A stretch of 64,000 nucleotides of DNA, from contig NC_092379.1 of NCBI RefSeq assembly GCF_030028105.1, positions 21,429,309 to 21,493,308 on the forward strand, written 5' to 3'. This DNA comes from Mobula birostris. Taxonomy: Eukaryota. Shown here piece after piece: positions 12,011 through 23,309 of this stretch. The position numbers and the translations under genes are program-made. The notes below the pieces were generated by a model. The model was not told the DNA's origin. It ran no database searches and saw only the letters and a list, made by a program, of their open reading frames with translations. Numbering within the stretch: position 1 is the first letter of the stretch; each line of letters begins with the position of its first letter.

Positions 12011-12098
12011 CAGCGCTCACTGCGGCTCCGGACAAACCCGGCCTGAGCTGCAGTCGCCGATCTCAAAAGTGTCCAAGTCCGGCTCAGCGTTGAGGGCA

Positions 12099-12144
12099 AT
12101 GGGGGTCGTTCCTTATCTCTGTCTCCTCCTGTCTTGTCTGGCAG
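12099..12144 (+). CDS. IgW: IgW heavy-chain leader exon
   Basis: ATG...[15 protein letters not shown](G), hydrophobic signal peptide; phase-1 donor G|GTGGGT; 109-nt intron to the acceptor at 12253. Confidence 0.9.
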
Positions 12145-12253
12145 GTGGGTGTCCCGCGGCTTGTCCCCCACCCGGGACCGGCTGTTTCTCGGAGGCTTTG
12201 TGAACCTCTGACCGTGGAACATTATATTAATTTCTGCTCTTTTTTATTGACAG

Positions 12254-12551
12254 GCGTGCGGTCCGACGTCGTGCTGACACAGCCCGAGTCAGCGGTGGTA
12301 AAGCCCGGGCAGTCCCACAGACTGACCTGTGCGGTCAGTGGGTTCGATATCAGCAGCTATACCATGAGCTGGGTGAAACAGGTCCCCGGGAAAGGGCTGC
12401 AGTGGCTGGTAGCGTATTATAGTGAAAGTTACAAGTACTACGCGCCTGAAGTCCAGAGCCGGTTCACCGCTTCCAAGGACAGCAGCAACTTTTATCTGCA
12501 AATGAGCAGCCTGAGACTGGACGACACGGCCACCTATTACTGTGCGAGAGA
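12254..12551 (+). CDS. IgW: IgW VH gene segment (germline, intact)
   Basis: (G)[98 protein letters not shown]. Canonical C/W/YYC; short CDR2 and FR3 as in IgW-type V. Confidence 0.95.
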
Positions 12552-12590
12552 CACAGTGAGAGAGACCGGGACTGGACCGGGACAAAAACC
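12552..12590 (+). other. V 3' recombination signal (23-RSS)
   Basis: CACAGTG, 23-nt spacer, ACAAAAACC; perfect consensus. Confidence 0.97.
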
Positions 12591-12960
12591 CAGCGAGAGC
12601 GCCTGGCCTTCGGGCGCTGAGGGAAAGGACAGCAGTGATCGCCACAGCTGTATCCCGGTCGTTCTGGGCCACATCCGCTCGTCCACGCAATGGAAGGCGG
12701 GTTGTCAGCGGGGATTCCCGCGAAGAGATGCTGGACGGATGGACCGAGGGGCTCAGTGGATCACTTCAGAGGGCAGCTCGGAGCCAAGCGCCGTGAGTGG
12801 GAATGGGGTCACCGATCGACCTGGCCAGGTGTCGGTCCTTCGTCTACACGTGACAGTAAATGGTCGGGCTGTGAGGAACATTAATGATCAGAGACACTTT
12901 GGTGTTCCAGTGCGGTTTGACTGAGGAGTGACTGTGCTGGGAGACAGTGAAAGGGGCAGA

Positions 12961-13041
12961 GGTTATCGTACGGCGGTGTATCACTGTGACTATACTGGGT
13001 GGCACAGCGTGAGAGATGGCGGCTCCCTCCATACACAAACC
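12961..13041 (+). other. DH1 segment (coding 12989-13002 ACTATACTGGGTGG) with 5' 12-RSS and 3' 23-RSS
   Basis: GGTTATCGT-12-CACTGTG | D | CACAGCG-23-ACACAAACC. Confidence 0.92.
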
Positions 13042-13376
13042 CACCGCAACAAAACTCTTTAAATCGGGCTCTTCGGGCGCTTCCACCGGCCCTTACCCCG
13101 GGATCCGTGGATATAAATCAGATCCCGAGTGGATAATCTGGGAGTGGGTACAAGTTCCACTGGAGATGTGTCCGGAAGGGAACGGGACCACCGAGGAGGA
13201 TCTGTCAGTGGAAGCCCAGTGAAAGGTCCCGGGGGGTTATATCATCTCCACTTCAGCACTGGGATGGCCGAGATTGAGACCCGCTGTGTGGGACACCCGG
13301 ACACAGAGGGAGGGTTTAATAAATCCGCTGACCGGCTCTGGGATCCACTGGATTTTGGGCTGGATGTGATGAGGGC

Positions 13377-13447
13377 GGTTTGTGACCTGCGGTGAAACAC
13401 CGTGACTATAACTATGGACCACGGTGATGGGGAGCTGAACAGAAACC
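13377..13447 (+). other. DH2 segment (coding 13405-13419 ACTATAACTATGGAC) with 12-RSS on both sides
   Basis: GGTTTGTGA-12-CACCGTG | D | CACGGTG-12-ACAGAAACC. Confidence 0.92.
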
Positions 13448-13782
13448 GGTCCCGACAAAGGAGCGTCTGCAGCGCAGTCTGTCTCCACGGATTCCGCATT
13501 GCTGCTTCCCAGAGTCAAATCCATGAAGCCTCACTCGGACTGCTGGGCGCAAATGTCCATTTCTGGACAATTAAAAGCCCAATATGATTCGACTCTGATT
13601 CTGGGGAATGGCGGGAGCCGGTGTCCGCAGACAAGAAAACTGTGAAAATGCCTCTCTTACTCACACGCCAGGAAAGGACAAGGACGAAGTTTGGGATGGA
13701 AATCCAGGAAGCGGCTGCTCCCGGTCCGGACAGGGATCATGTTGACATTTTGCTGAGATTATTGGATGTGACGGGCAAGTGA

Positions 13783-13821
13783 AGTTACTGCACTGGGTGA
13801 ATGGGGAGACGGAGCGCTGTG
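13783..13821 (+). other. J 5' recombination signal (23-RSS, weak nonamer)
   Basis: AGTTACTGC (5/9 to GGTTTTTGT), 23-nt spacer, CGCTGTG. Confidence 0.75.
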
Positions 13822-13869
13822 ATTATCTTGACTACTGGGGCGGAGGAACCTCGCTGACAGTGACTTCAG
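13822..13869 (+). CDS. IgW: IgW JH segment
   Basis: YLDYWGGGTSLTVTS (WGxG motif); phase-1 donor G|GTAAG. Confidence 0.95.
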
Positions 13870-15094
13870 GTAAGACCAACTTCTCAATCGTATCTTCACG
13901 CGCTAGTATTTTATTTATTTACGGGTTTGGCGAATCTGGCGATTCATCTGAAATCAGTGCGATATTTAGAGCAAGTACATGAATCTCCCCGAACCGGCGG
14001 GTTTCTCTGGAGCCCAGTAACAGTACAAGGGTACATACCCCACCCACCAGTGACCTGTCCACCGACCACAGGCTCAGGGGAATGGGGTCGGATCTTGTCA
14101 CCAGACTGTGCCTTGACACCGGCCGATTGTGCTGAGTGAGCTCAATGTTTGGTTCAAGTCTGGCTTCTGATCCTCAGCACCGACTGAAGCCACGTTCAGG
14201 GGCTGAGCGTTTCAGAGCAGTTGAACTTGTTCCCTGTCAGTGACAACAATGGATCTGTTCAGTGTCCAGTTATTGGGATCGGGTTTTACTGTCAGCTGCT
14301 TTCATGTTGAAGGTAATGGGATTAAGACATAATCTGAGGGAATGGTGTACACATGTATCATCTGGTTGATGGCTCAATATCCCCAGGGTACAAGTGGGTG
14401 TCAGTCCCATCATGTAATGTCCGGCGTGAGGTCCGTCCCCCGATACAGCAAAAGTATCGGCGATATCCCAAGATTAATTGATGGGATTAATGTTTTACTT
14501 TTATTCCCTGATGGGTGAGGAGGTGGGGTGCGGTGGGAAGAATTTTGGAGTTGGGAAGGCAGTGGGGAAGTCGTGCAGGAAAGGTATGGCCGGGAATTGA
14601 AATCACAATTCCTTCACACATTCCGGGCAGCCTTGCATTGGTGGGTGGGGGAGTGGGGAGTGGTGCAGGTGGGGTGGGGAGGGAAGCGTTCAAGTCAATA
14701 ATGTGGAATAGGCGAGTATTTAAGGGAAGGTTTGTTGATGAAGGTTTGTGATCTGGAACACACTGCCTGAATGATGGTGGTGGCTAATTGTGAGTGTAGA
14801 GAGGGAAAAGGAGGAGATCCGCCTTTTGTTGGGATACAGGGAAGAGCAGAGAGACCAATGGGTTTATTGGGTTTGCTCAGCTAAAGGGAAGCACAGACAC
14901 TATCGGATGAATGGCCTCACTCTCTGCTCTGTCATTCAATGGATTCAGTATTTATCTTGTAAATCTGGGAAATTCTTCCTCAAAGGGATTCCATCAATCA
15001 CCTCAGGGTACACAGAGCATGAATTAAATGCAGATTACAGCTCCCATGTCCTAGAAAAACCTACAGCACACAATGATGTGTCAAACATGTACGT

Positions 15095-15440
15095 AATTTA
15101 GAAAATACCTAGGGTTACACTCTATTTTTCTAAGCTCCATGTACCTATCCAGGAGTCTCTTAAAAGACCCTATCATATCTACCTCCACCACCATTGCTGG
15201 CAGTCCATTCCATGCACCCACCACTCTCTGCGAAAAAAGCTTACCCCTGACATCTCCTCTGTACCTACTTCCAAGCACGTTAAAACTGTGCCCTCTCATG
15301 TTAACCATTTCAGACCTGGGAAAAAGCCTCTCGATATCCACATGATCAATGCCTCTCATCATCTTATACACCTCTATCAAGTCACCTCTCATCCTACGAC
15401 GCTCCGAGGAGAAAACGCCAAATTCACTCAACCTATTCCA
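15095..15440 (-). mobile_element. CR1 LINE 3' fragment
   Basis: Minus ORF ERRRMRGDLIEVYKMMRGID...FSQRVVGAWN, the typical CR1 ORF2 C-terminus. Confidence 0.85.
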
Positions 15441-16463
15441 GGCAGCCACGGATTAGATACAAAGATCTTTCTGCACTGTCCCATCCCTCCAGGACAGGGG
15501 CAGCAGAGATTAGACACAGTGTGAAACTTCCCCCAACCTGTCCCATCACACACTCACAGGACACGAGTTGAACTTTACTGTTCAAATGAACTGCTTATTC
15601 TCAGTTCATAGACAGAGCAACTGCTCTAATTTCTTGCCCTCCTCCATCCCCCGACTGGGTTTGTTTAACCTCCATTAACCAGTGCTGCTGGTGATTCAGT
15701 AAAAGTGGTTGTGAGATAAAGTGCTGACATTTACAGAGCACCTTTCATGGTGCCCCCGAGCTCTTCACAGGCAACAAGGTAGTTTCAAAGTACAGCCCTG
15801 TTGTAGAGTCGGGAATGTAGAGCCATTCTGCACACAGCAGAATCCACAAACTGCAAGGTGAGAACGATCAGACAGTCTGTTCTGGTGATGTTATTGAAGG
15901 AGAAATATTGTCCAGGACACCGTGGACACAGTGATCCAATGGACAGGCACAAGGTTGGATTCGGAGTGATGGGAAACAGGGCAGTACATCAAAGCAGATG
16001 AGTAGTGCAGAGGGATGGATGAACAGTCCACGGATACCACCACAACAAAACTGACAAATTTAAACTCAGTTCATAATAATCTGCAGCAGATTTGGATCTG
16101 CGGTCAGATTTCCAACAGCTCAATAATTGGTATTGTTTTTAAATCCAGCCATTAATAATGATGATCCTTCAGTTTTACTCATGTTTGTCAGGGAAGGAGA
16201 TGTCTCATCCTTACCCTCCGAGCCTATTTGTGACTCCTGACCCATCAATGTGTTTGTCTCCAAATGCCCTCTGAATGGCAGCTCAGATGTGTAACTCATT
16301 TGGAATTTACTGGCAAAGCCCAGATCCCTAAAAATGAATAAATAAAATTGCCCACCAGTTGTTCATAGTACCTGATGTTCTATCCACTTACTACAATACA
16401 GACTAAAATCAGAACGAGTCTCCCCAGATCTGCTGATTCATCATCAATTATATTGTACAAATA

Positions 16464-16776
16464 CCCAGCACACTGTGACCCACCCAGATCCAGTTCCCCT
16501 CTTCACCCCAGCACACTGTGACCCACCCAGATCCAGTTCCCCTCTTCACCCCAGCACCCTGTGACCCACCCAGATCCAGTTCCCCTCTTCACCCCAGCAC
16601 CCTGTCACCCACCCAGATCCAGTTCCCCTCTTTGCCCCAGCACCCTGTGACCCATCCAGATCCAGTTCAGCTCTTCACCCCAGCACCCTGTGACCCACCC
16701 AGATCCAGTTCCCCTCTTCACCCCAGCACCCTGTGACCCACCCAGATCCAGTTCCCCTCTTCGCCCCAGTACCCTG
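16464..16776. repeat. 43-bp minisatellite, 7 copies plus a partial copy, in the J-C intron
   Basis: Unit CCCAGCAC(A/C)CTGTGACCCACCCAGATCCAGTTCCCCTCTTCAC at 43-nt spacing. Confidence 0.95.
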
Positions 16777-17309
16777 CTGTCAGTTTGATGGGTGTCTTTA
16801 TGAAGACCCAGAGGAACACTGATCGAGACAGAACTGTACTTACCACCTGCTGGTCCCGGGATGTAAAAGATCCTCAGCTGCAAATCTCACCAACTGACAT
16901 TATTGTGCCTCCTGCACTGCCGACACTGAGCAGCTCAGGGAACATCTGTGGGTGAGAAACAGAGTTAATGTTTCACATCAGTGACCTTTCACCAGACCCT
17001 GTCAGTCTGATTTCTGGCAACTATGCTGTTTCCAGTTTTATTTTACTGAATTTATTTTGATGAAAACAATTTGTTTTTCATTGACTTCTGCAACCCCAGA
17101 ACATCCCAGAGCCTTTCCCAACCCAGCATGTACTTCTGCAGTGTGTCACTTCATTTGGGTGACTAAACATCCAACTTGTCTGCATCTTGTTCCCACAAAC
17201 TGAACTACAACATGACAATCTAGTCTGGGTGATGTTGGAAGGGAATGGTCACTTTTAGCCTACAATTCCTAAAGTTCCCCACCACTGGGAAATCCTCACT
17301 TGATGTCTC

Positions 17310-18055
17310 AAAGTTCAAAGTAAAATTTATTATCGGAATACATACATGTCATCACATACAACCCTCAGATTCATTTTCTTGAGGGCATACTTAGCAAATC
17401 TATAGAATCGTAACTGTAAACAGGATCAATGAAACAGTACAAGCATAGAAGACAATAAACTGTTGAAATGTAACCCTAAATAAACTGCAATAACTAATGA
17501 GAGCGTGAAATAACAAGATAAAGTGTCTTTAAAGTGAGATTATTGTTTATGGGAATGTCTCAATAGATGAGCGTAAATATCCTCTTTTGTTCAGGAGCCT
17601 GATGGTTGAGGGGTAGTAACTGTTCTTGAACCTGGTGGTGTGAGTTCTGAGGCTCTTGTTCCTTCTGCCCTGATGGCAGCAGCGAGAAAAGAGCCTGGCC
17701 TGGGTGGTGAGGATCTTTAATGATAGATGCTGCTTTCTTATGACAGCGTTTCATGTAGATGTGCTCAGTGGTTGGGAGGGCTTTACCCATTATGTACTGA
17801 GCTGAATCCATGATCTCTTGTAGAATTTTCCAATCAAAGGCATTGGTGTTCCCATACCAGGCCATAATGCAGCCAGTCAATACACTTTCCACTACACATC
17901 TATAGAAGTTTATCAAGGTTTTTGACATCAAGCCAAATCTTCGCAGACTCCTGAGGAAGTAGAGGCACTGTCCTGTTTCCTCTGCAATTACATTTATTTG
18001 CTGGGTCCAGGACAGGTCCTCTGAGATAGTGACACCCAGGAATTTAAAGTTACTG
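17310..18055 (-). mobile_element. Rex1/Babar-type LINE 3' fragment
   Basis: Minus ORF 17560-17931 (KTLINFYRCVVESVLTGCIMAWYG...AASIIKDPHHPG). Confidence 0.8.
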
Positions 18056-18639
18056 ACTGTGCAGTAGATGAACAGATAGACGCAGATTACTGATGATCAT
18101 CCTGATGGTCCCAGGCCTTTGGTCTCGTATCTCCCTTGTTGTCAGGGGTTGACGCTGATAAACAGCAGTGAGGTTCCTCAGACCACAGCTGACAATCCCT
18201 TTCCCCAGCTGCTGAGTGCAAGGGAAGCTGACGATTCTGTGGTTTGAATGGTGCTGGCTGTAGCTGGCATTTCCAAAGTGAACCATTTACCAGTGTTCAG
18301 TCACTTACACTGGAGTCAGTCTCACAGTTCCACAGACCACTGTACCCCGAGATTTACTGAGTGACAGATGCCACCAGAACTGTCACCACACTCCACCACA
18401 TGACACGTGGCCTTGCTGGAGTTCCCAGGATTAAACTGTGGATTCCACCTCAATGAGTCCCTCACAGACTAGACTTGTCAAAGGATCACAGTCACCATTC
18501 CTGCGACTGCGATTCTCGGCCTGGTGTGTCAGGAAGGTGTTTGGCTTGTAATTTCCACAGGCTCGGTGACTGAAATTCTTCCTCAGTTACATGTGTTTAA
18601 TTTTGAGGCAGTGTCAGATGCATTATGTAGTGCAGAGGG

Positions 18640-19905
18640 TACATCAGAGGTGCAGAGGGACTTTGGAGTCCTCATGCAAAACTACCAGAGGTTAATTTAC
18701 AGGTTGAGTCTGTGGTAAAGAAAGCAAATGCAATGTTGGCATCTGTTTCAAGGAGAATAGAATGTAAAATCAAGGAAATAATGCTCAGTCTTTATAAGAC
18801 ACTAGTCAACCACACTTAGAGTATTGTCAAGTGTTTTGGGCCCCATATCTCAGAAAGGATGTGTTGTTATTGGAGAGATTCCAGAGGAGTTCACGAGGAT
18901 CATTCTGGGAATGAAGGGGTTAACATATGAGCAGCATTTGGCAGCTTTGAGCCTGTACTCACTGGAATTTAGAAGTATGTAGTGGAATCTCATAGAAACC
19001 TACCGAACGTTGCGATGACTGGATCGGGTGGATGTGGAGAGGATGTTTCATGGTCCCCCAATCTGAGGAAAGACATCCTTGCCACAGAGGGAGTACAAAG
19101 AAGGTTCACCGCATTGATTCCTGGGATGGCAGGACTTTCATATGATGAAAGACTGGATTGACTAGGCTTATACTCGTTGGAATTTAGAAGATTGAGGGAG
19201 AACTAATTGAAACGTATAAAATCCTAAAGGGATTGGACAGGCTAGATGCAGGAAGATTGTTCCCGATGTTGGGGATGTCCAGAACGAGGGGTCACAGTTT
19301 GAGGATAAAGGGGAAGCCTTTTAGGACCGAAATTAAGAAAAACTTCTTCACACAGAGAGTGGTGAATCTGTGGAATTCTCTGCCACAGGAAACAGTTGAG
19401 GCCAGTTCATTGGCTATATTTAAGAGGGAGTTAGATATGGCCCTTGTGGCTAAAGGGATCAGGGGGTATGGAGAGAATGCTGGTATAGGGTTCTGAGTTG
19501 GATGATCAGCCATGATCATACTGAATGGTGGTGCAGGCTCGAAGGGCCGAGTGGCCTACTCCTGCACCTATTTTCTATGTTTTCTATATGATGGGGGCAT
19601 CCACAACTGGAGAGCACAGCCTCAAAATTGAGGGGTGACCCCTAAGAATGGAAGTAACGAGGAACTTTTTTAGTCAGCGCAGTCTGTGGAATGCTCTGCC
19701 ACAGACTGTGGTGGAAGCCAGGTCTATGTGTGTATTTAAGGTGGAATTTGACCGTTTCCTGGTCTGTCAGGGTATCCCAGGATACGGTGAGAAGGCAGGT
19801 GTCGGAGTTCAATGGGATCCAATCAGCCATGATGGAATGTCGGAAAAGACTCGATGGGCTGAATGGCCTAATTCTGCTCCTATGTCTTACAGTCTTATGG
19901 TCTGA
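18640..19905 (+). mobile_element. Older CR1 3' fragment interrupted by a younger CR1 3' fragment (19051-19588)
   Basis: CR1 ORF2 C-terminal coding. The inner copy ends in TTTTCTATG repeats and is nearly identical to 54951-55488; the outer copy resumes at ~19589. Confidence 0.8.
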
Positions 19906-20976
19906 TGGTAGTCTGTTCAGTTGAATTTCAGAAGCAGAGACCATTAGACACTCACCACTATATCACACAGATGGTGTTGGAGACAAGGTACAGATATGCA
20001 CACAAGGGTTACTTTAGACTCAACATCAATACTGAACAGATCATAATTATTCAAATAAACTACTGCTAAATGTTTACTCTTTCTGTAAACTCCACCAATC
20101 TGGTGCGAATACACTTCTAAGAATCAGGAATTATATATGGGGAAGAGACAAGGTAAAACTTTGATATTTTGTCTGAAATCCAACACATGGGACATTGGAT
20201 GACTGTCTCAGTATGGCTGTGGGTGGGGTGTTGGGGCACACTTGTGACTGTGTGCTCAAACTTCCACTGTGAGACTGATCCATAGCCTCCGAGTTCAGTG
20301 ACACAGATTCCCAGCTGGGTGTTGAAATGGTGAGAGTATTATTTAATGGAGTGAATAATTTTAGAAATTACTGGTTTATAAACTGTACTGTGCAAAAGCC
20401 TTGGGCACATCTATATTGCTAGTGTGCCTAAAACCTTTTCATAATAACATATTTATCAATGTGGAATGGAGAGTGAGTTTGTAAATCTGGTGAGAGCAAA
20501 GGATGTTGGGAATGGTGAGGGTGGAGCGCTGTGGGACGTGAGTGGGACAGGGGACAGAGAAGGAGTGGCAGGGGCAGGGCTCGGCACGGGTGCAGACACT
20601 CCCAACACTGAGACAACAGGCAAGGTCATTTCATTCCAAACTATTGGTTTATTGATCTTTCCAGAATGTCTCTCTGGTGCTTCCCACTCGCTCCCCTTTC
20701 CCACTCTCAGTCCACAGTAGAGACCCACATCAGAATCAGGTTTATCCTCACTCACATCTGTCATGAAATTTGTTTTTGTTTAGTGGCAGAGGTACAGTGC
20801 AGTACATAAAGTTACTACTGTGTGTGTTGGCGGGGGGGGGGGGGGGGGTAGTCCAGCTATGCGGCTAAGACTTCAGCACAGTACTGTAGTAATTGTAGTG
20901 GATAACATGTCTCCTTCTTTGTCTGCCAGTAATGCATTTATTTACAGAAACTTCTGTGAATTTCTTTCCATTTCAG

Positions 20977-21270
20977 AGCTCACGTCCTCGCCATCAGTCT
21001 ACATCACTCCTTCCTGCAACACAGAATCTGACCAAAAGATCAGCCTCCTCTGTCTGGTCAAGGACTATCAGCCTGAGAGCATCAGTCAGACATGGTCCAC
21101 TAACAGTGGGGACATCACCAGCGGAATCAAGAAATACCCGGCGGTGTTGGGGCAAAATTCAAAGTACACGATGAGCAGCTTGCTCGAAGTCTCTGCGGCG
21201 GACTGGAAGAAGAATAAACTCTACACCTGCAAGGCAGGGAGTGTGACAGTGGAGTTCCAGAAACCTCAAT
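20977..21270 (+). CDS. IgW: IgW CH1 exon
   Basis: TTTCAG acceptor; [40 protein letters not shown]...[36 protein letters not shown]; T|GTTAG donor; 294 nt, phase 1/1; N-terminal Cys placed for the light-chain link. Confidence 0.93.
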
Positions 21271-22205
21271 GTTAGTATGAGACATAATTTTCTCTTAAAA
21301 GCTGCATTGATCTCAGAGCATAAATCTGGAGTAGGAATCTTTGTCAGATAATACTGGGCATGGCAACTAGCTCCTTTAATCTACTCTTACAACAGCAGTA
21401 CTACTCCTCACCAAAATGACATTGAGAAAAAATAAGGAATTGAAATGGGGGAAACGTCCTCCTGAACTCACTGAAACTCAGTATCAGTGGAGGGTGGAGG
21501 ACACAACTTGTGCTGATCTGCCTCCATTGTATCCATTCCTTTCGGGAGACTCTCCACCCCCCGCCCCCGCCACTAAACCCTCCCTACAGATCAGCTCCTG
21601 TACACATGCAGAGACCGCTGGCCCATCGTGCCCCTGCACACAGAACAACAATTTAAACTTTACCCCACTCCTCCTGCACTTTCCCCTCCACCCTGCAGCT
21701 GCCCCTCTTCTGGTAAAAACAATCCCTTGTGAATGTGATGAAGGAATCCACTCCACTGACCTTCTTTAACCATCTTCTCACAGATCTGAACAAGCCTTTG
21801 CAGTTGCAACAAAATAATTTCCTCCTGTCCATCTGTTCTTCTTTCTCATTGAAAGTACAATTGTGTTTCCCAAACTTATCAGTGGAAACAGTCCCACACC
21901 ATGTACTCCTGCTCACAGGAGCTGGTATCAGTCATTCTCCATTAAACAATTAGATCATGGCAGGTCTGCACCTCAACCCCATGACCCACCTCTCTGCATT
22001 ATCATAGCACAGTGGGACACACTGCTGGGAGGCCCAAGTTATACACCCAGCCCTCCCACTCACTGGTGTGAGCCATCATATCAGCTGTAAATTAACAGCA
22101 TGCTTCAGAGGGCTGGAATTGGGGAACTTGCCCTGGATGAGGGAGAATAACGTCCAAAACATGGGCAAAGCATTCATGTACTGACAAATATTAAATGTGT
22201 TACAG

Positions 22206-22505
22206 CTCCGAAGCTCAGCTCCCTTGTTCCATCCCGGGAGGCAATCCACAGTCAAGCAAATGCTGTCCTGGGCTGTGTGATATCTGGATTCTCTCCTGAC
22301 AATGTTAAAGTATCCTGGAAAAAAGCTGGATCTGCCCAAAAAGGGATCATTCTCCCTTCCACTTCGAGATCAGGTGGTGGATTTGAAACAATCGCTTACC
22401 TGACAGTGTCTGTGCAGGAATGGACCAAGAAACAGAGATATACTTGTGAAGTGAATCACGCAGCTTCCGGTTTCAGTGGTCAGGTCAACATGACGTATCA
22501 AGAGG
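22206..22505 (+). CDS. IgW: IgW CH2 exon
   Basis: TTACAG acceptor; SPKLSSLVPSREAIHSQANAVLGCVISGFSPDNVKVSW...EWTKKQRYTCEVNHAASGFSGQVNMTYQE; G|GTGAG donor; 300 nt. Confidence 0.93.
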
Positions 22506-23152
22506 GTGAGTGATGTCTGAAGAAAAATTAAGTAACTTAGAGTACTAAAATACTGAACTAATACTCCCACACAATTCCTGTCCCTACCGTCAATCTTGTT
22601 GAGTGATGTACGGATGATCTTTGCACTTTGAATCAACTCATATCACCAGCAGCTTTAACCCCATCTACTGGGCAGGAAAGGTGTGAGATTCGGTCACCTG
22701 TCCAATCTGTTTGTAGTTATAAAGAAAATAAGTTAGTGAGCAAAGCTCACGTCCCATGCTTTACCATCTGGAGAAAATCTCCCTGTTCCCTTTTCACTGT
22801 CTTCTCAGTGTTGGTTCCTCAAAAAATATCTCTGCAATTTTGTATTTGCTTCAGTTCCCAGAGTCCGTTTCCAGCGTTTCCTGAGAGACTCTTCTGTCGA
22901 TTGTCCACTCACTGAAATGTAGGTGCCTGGATTATTTTTGAATTGATGCCCAAAACTCGAGTGAATGTTGTGACCTCGTGTCCTCAGATCCTCGACCAGG
23001 TTCAGAGACAACATTGCTGACATAACCTCATCCCGATAGGATGTGATATACAGAGGATAGAAAGTGGGAATAGATGGGGATCCCTTTTTCCTAAGCATGG
23101 GAAAAGAGGTGAAAGTATCTAACACTTAAATCTATGAATCTTCCGTTTCCAG

Positions 23153-23283
23153 GTGGAAAATGTCCCAGCTGTTTTTCGGAGCCTGTGCCAAAGTTCTTTT
23201 ACCAGAGTAATCTCAATGCGACATTCTCCGATGGTTCTACCCAACAGTATCATTGTTCAGCAGGAAAGTGTGAAATAAAGTGA
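23153..23283 (+). CDS. IgW: IgW short-form secretory tail exon (Cys-rich)
   Basis: TTTCCAG acceptor, phase 1: GGKCPSCFSEPVPKFFYQSNLNATFSDGSTQQYHCSAGKCEIK*. Four Cys, NAT sequon, AATAAA at 23274-23279 inside the last codons. Matches the type of tail known for two-C-domain secreted IgW. Confidence 0.9.
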
Positions 23284-23309
23284 TTGGCTGTCTACAATTC
23301 GTCATTGAA

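Noticed and set aside
12145-12924. 259-aa ORF spanning V
   Set aside because: It reads through the leader intron and past the RSS; only 12254-12551 is exon.
12930-12949. GACTGTG-ctggga-GACAGTG, a possible third D
   Set aside because: The 3' heptamer lacks the essential first C and no nonamer lies at 12 or 23 spacing; at most a vestige.
15515-15932. Isolated CACAGTG heptamers in the J-C intron (~15515, ~15926)
   Set aside because: No nonamer at 12 or 23 nt and no coding segment.
16464-16776. CRISPR-like array interpretation of the 43-bp repeats
   Set aside because: Units are contiguous with no unique spacers, and the sequence is vertebrate.
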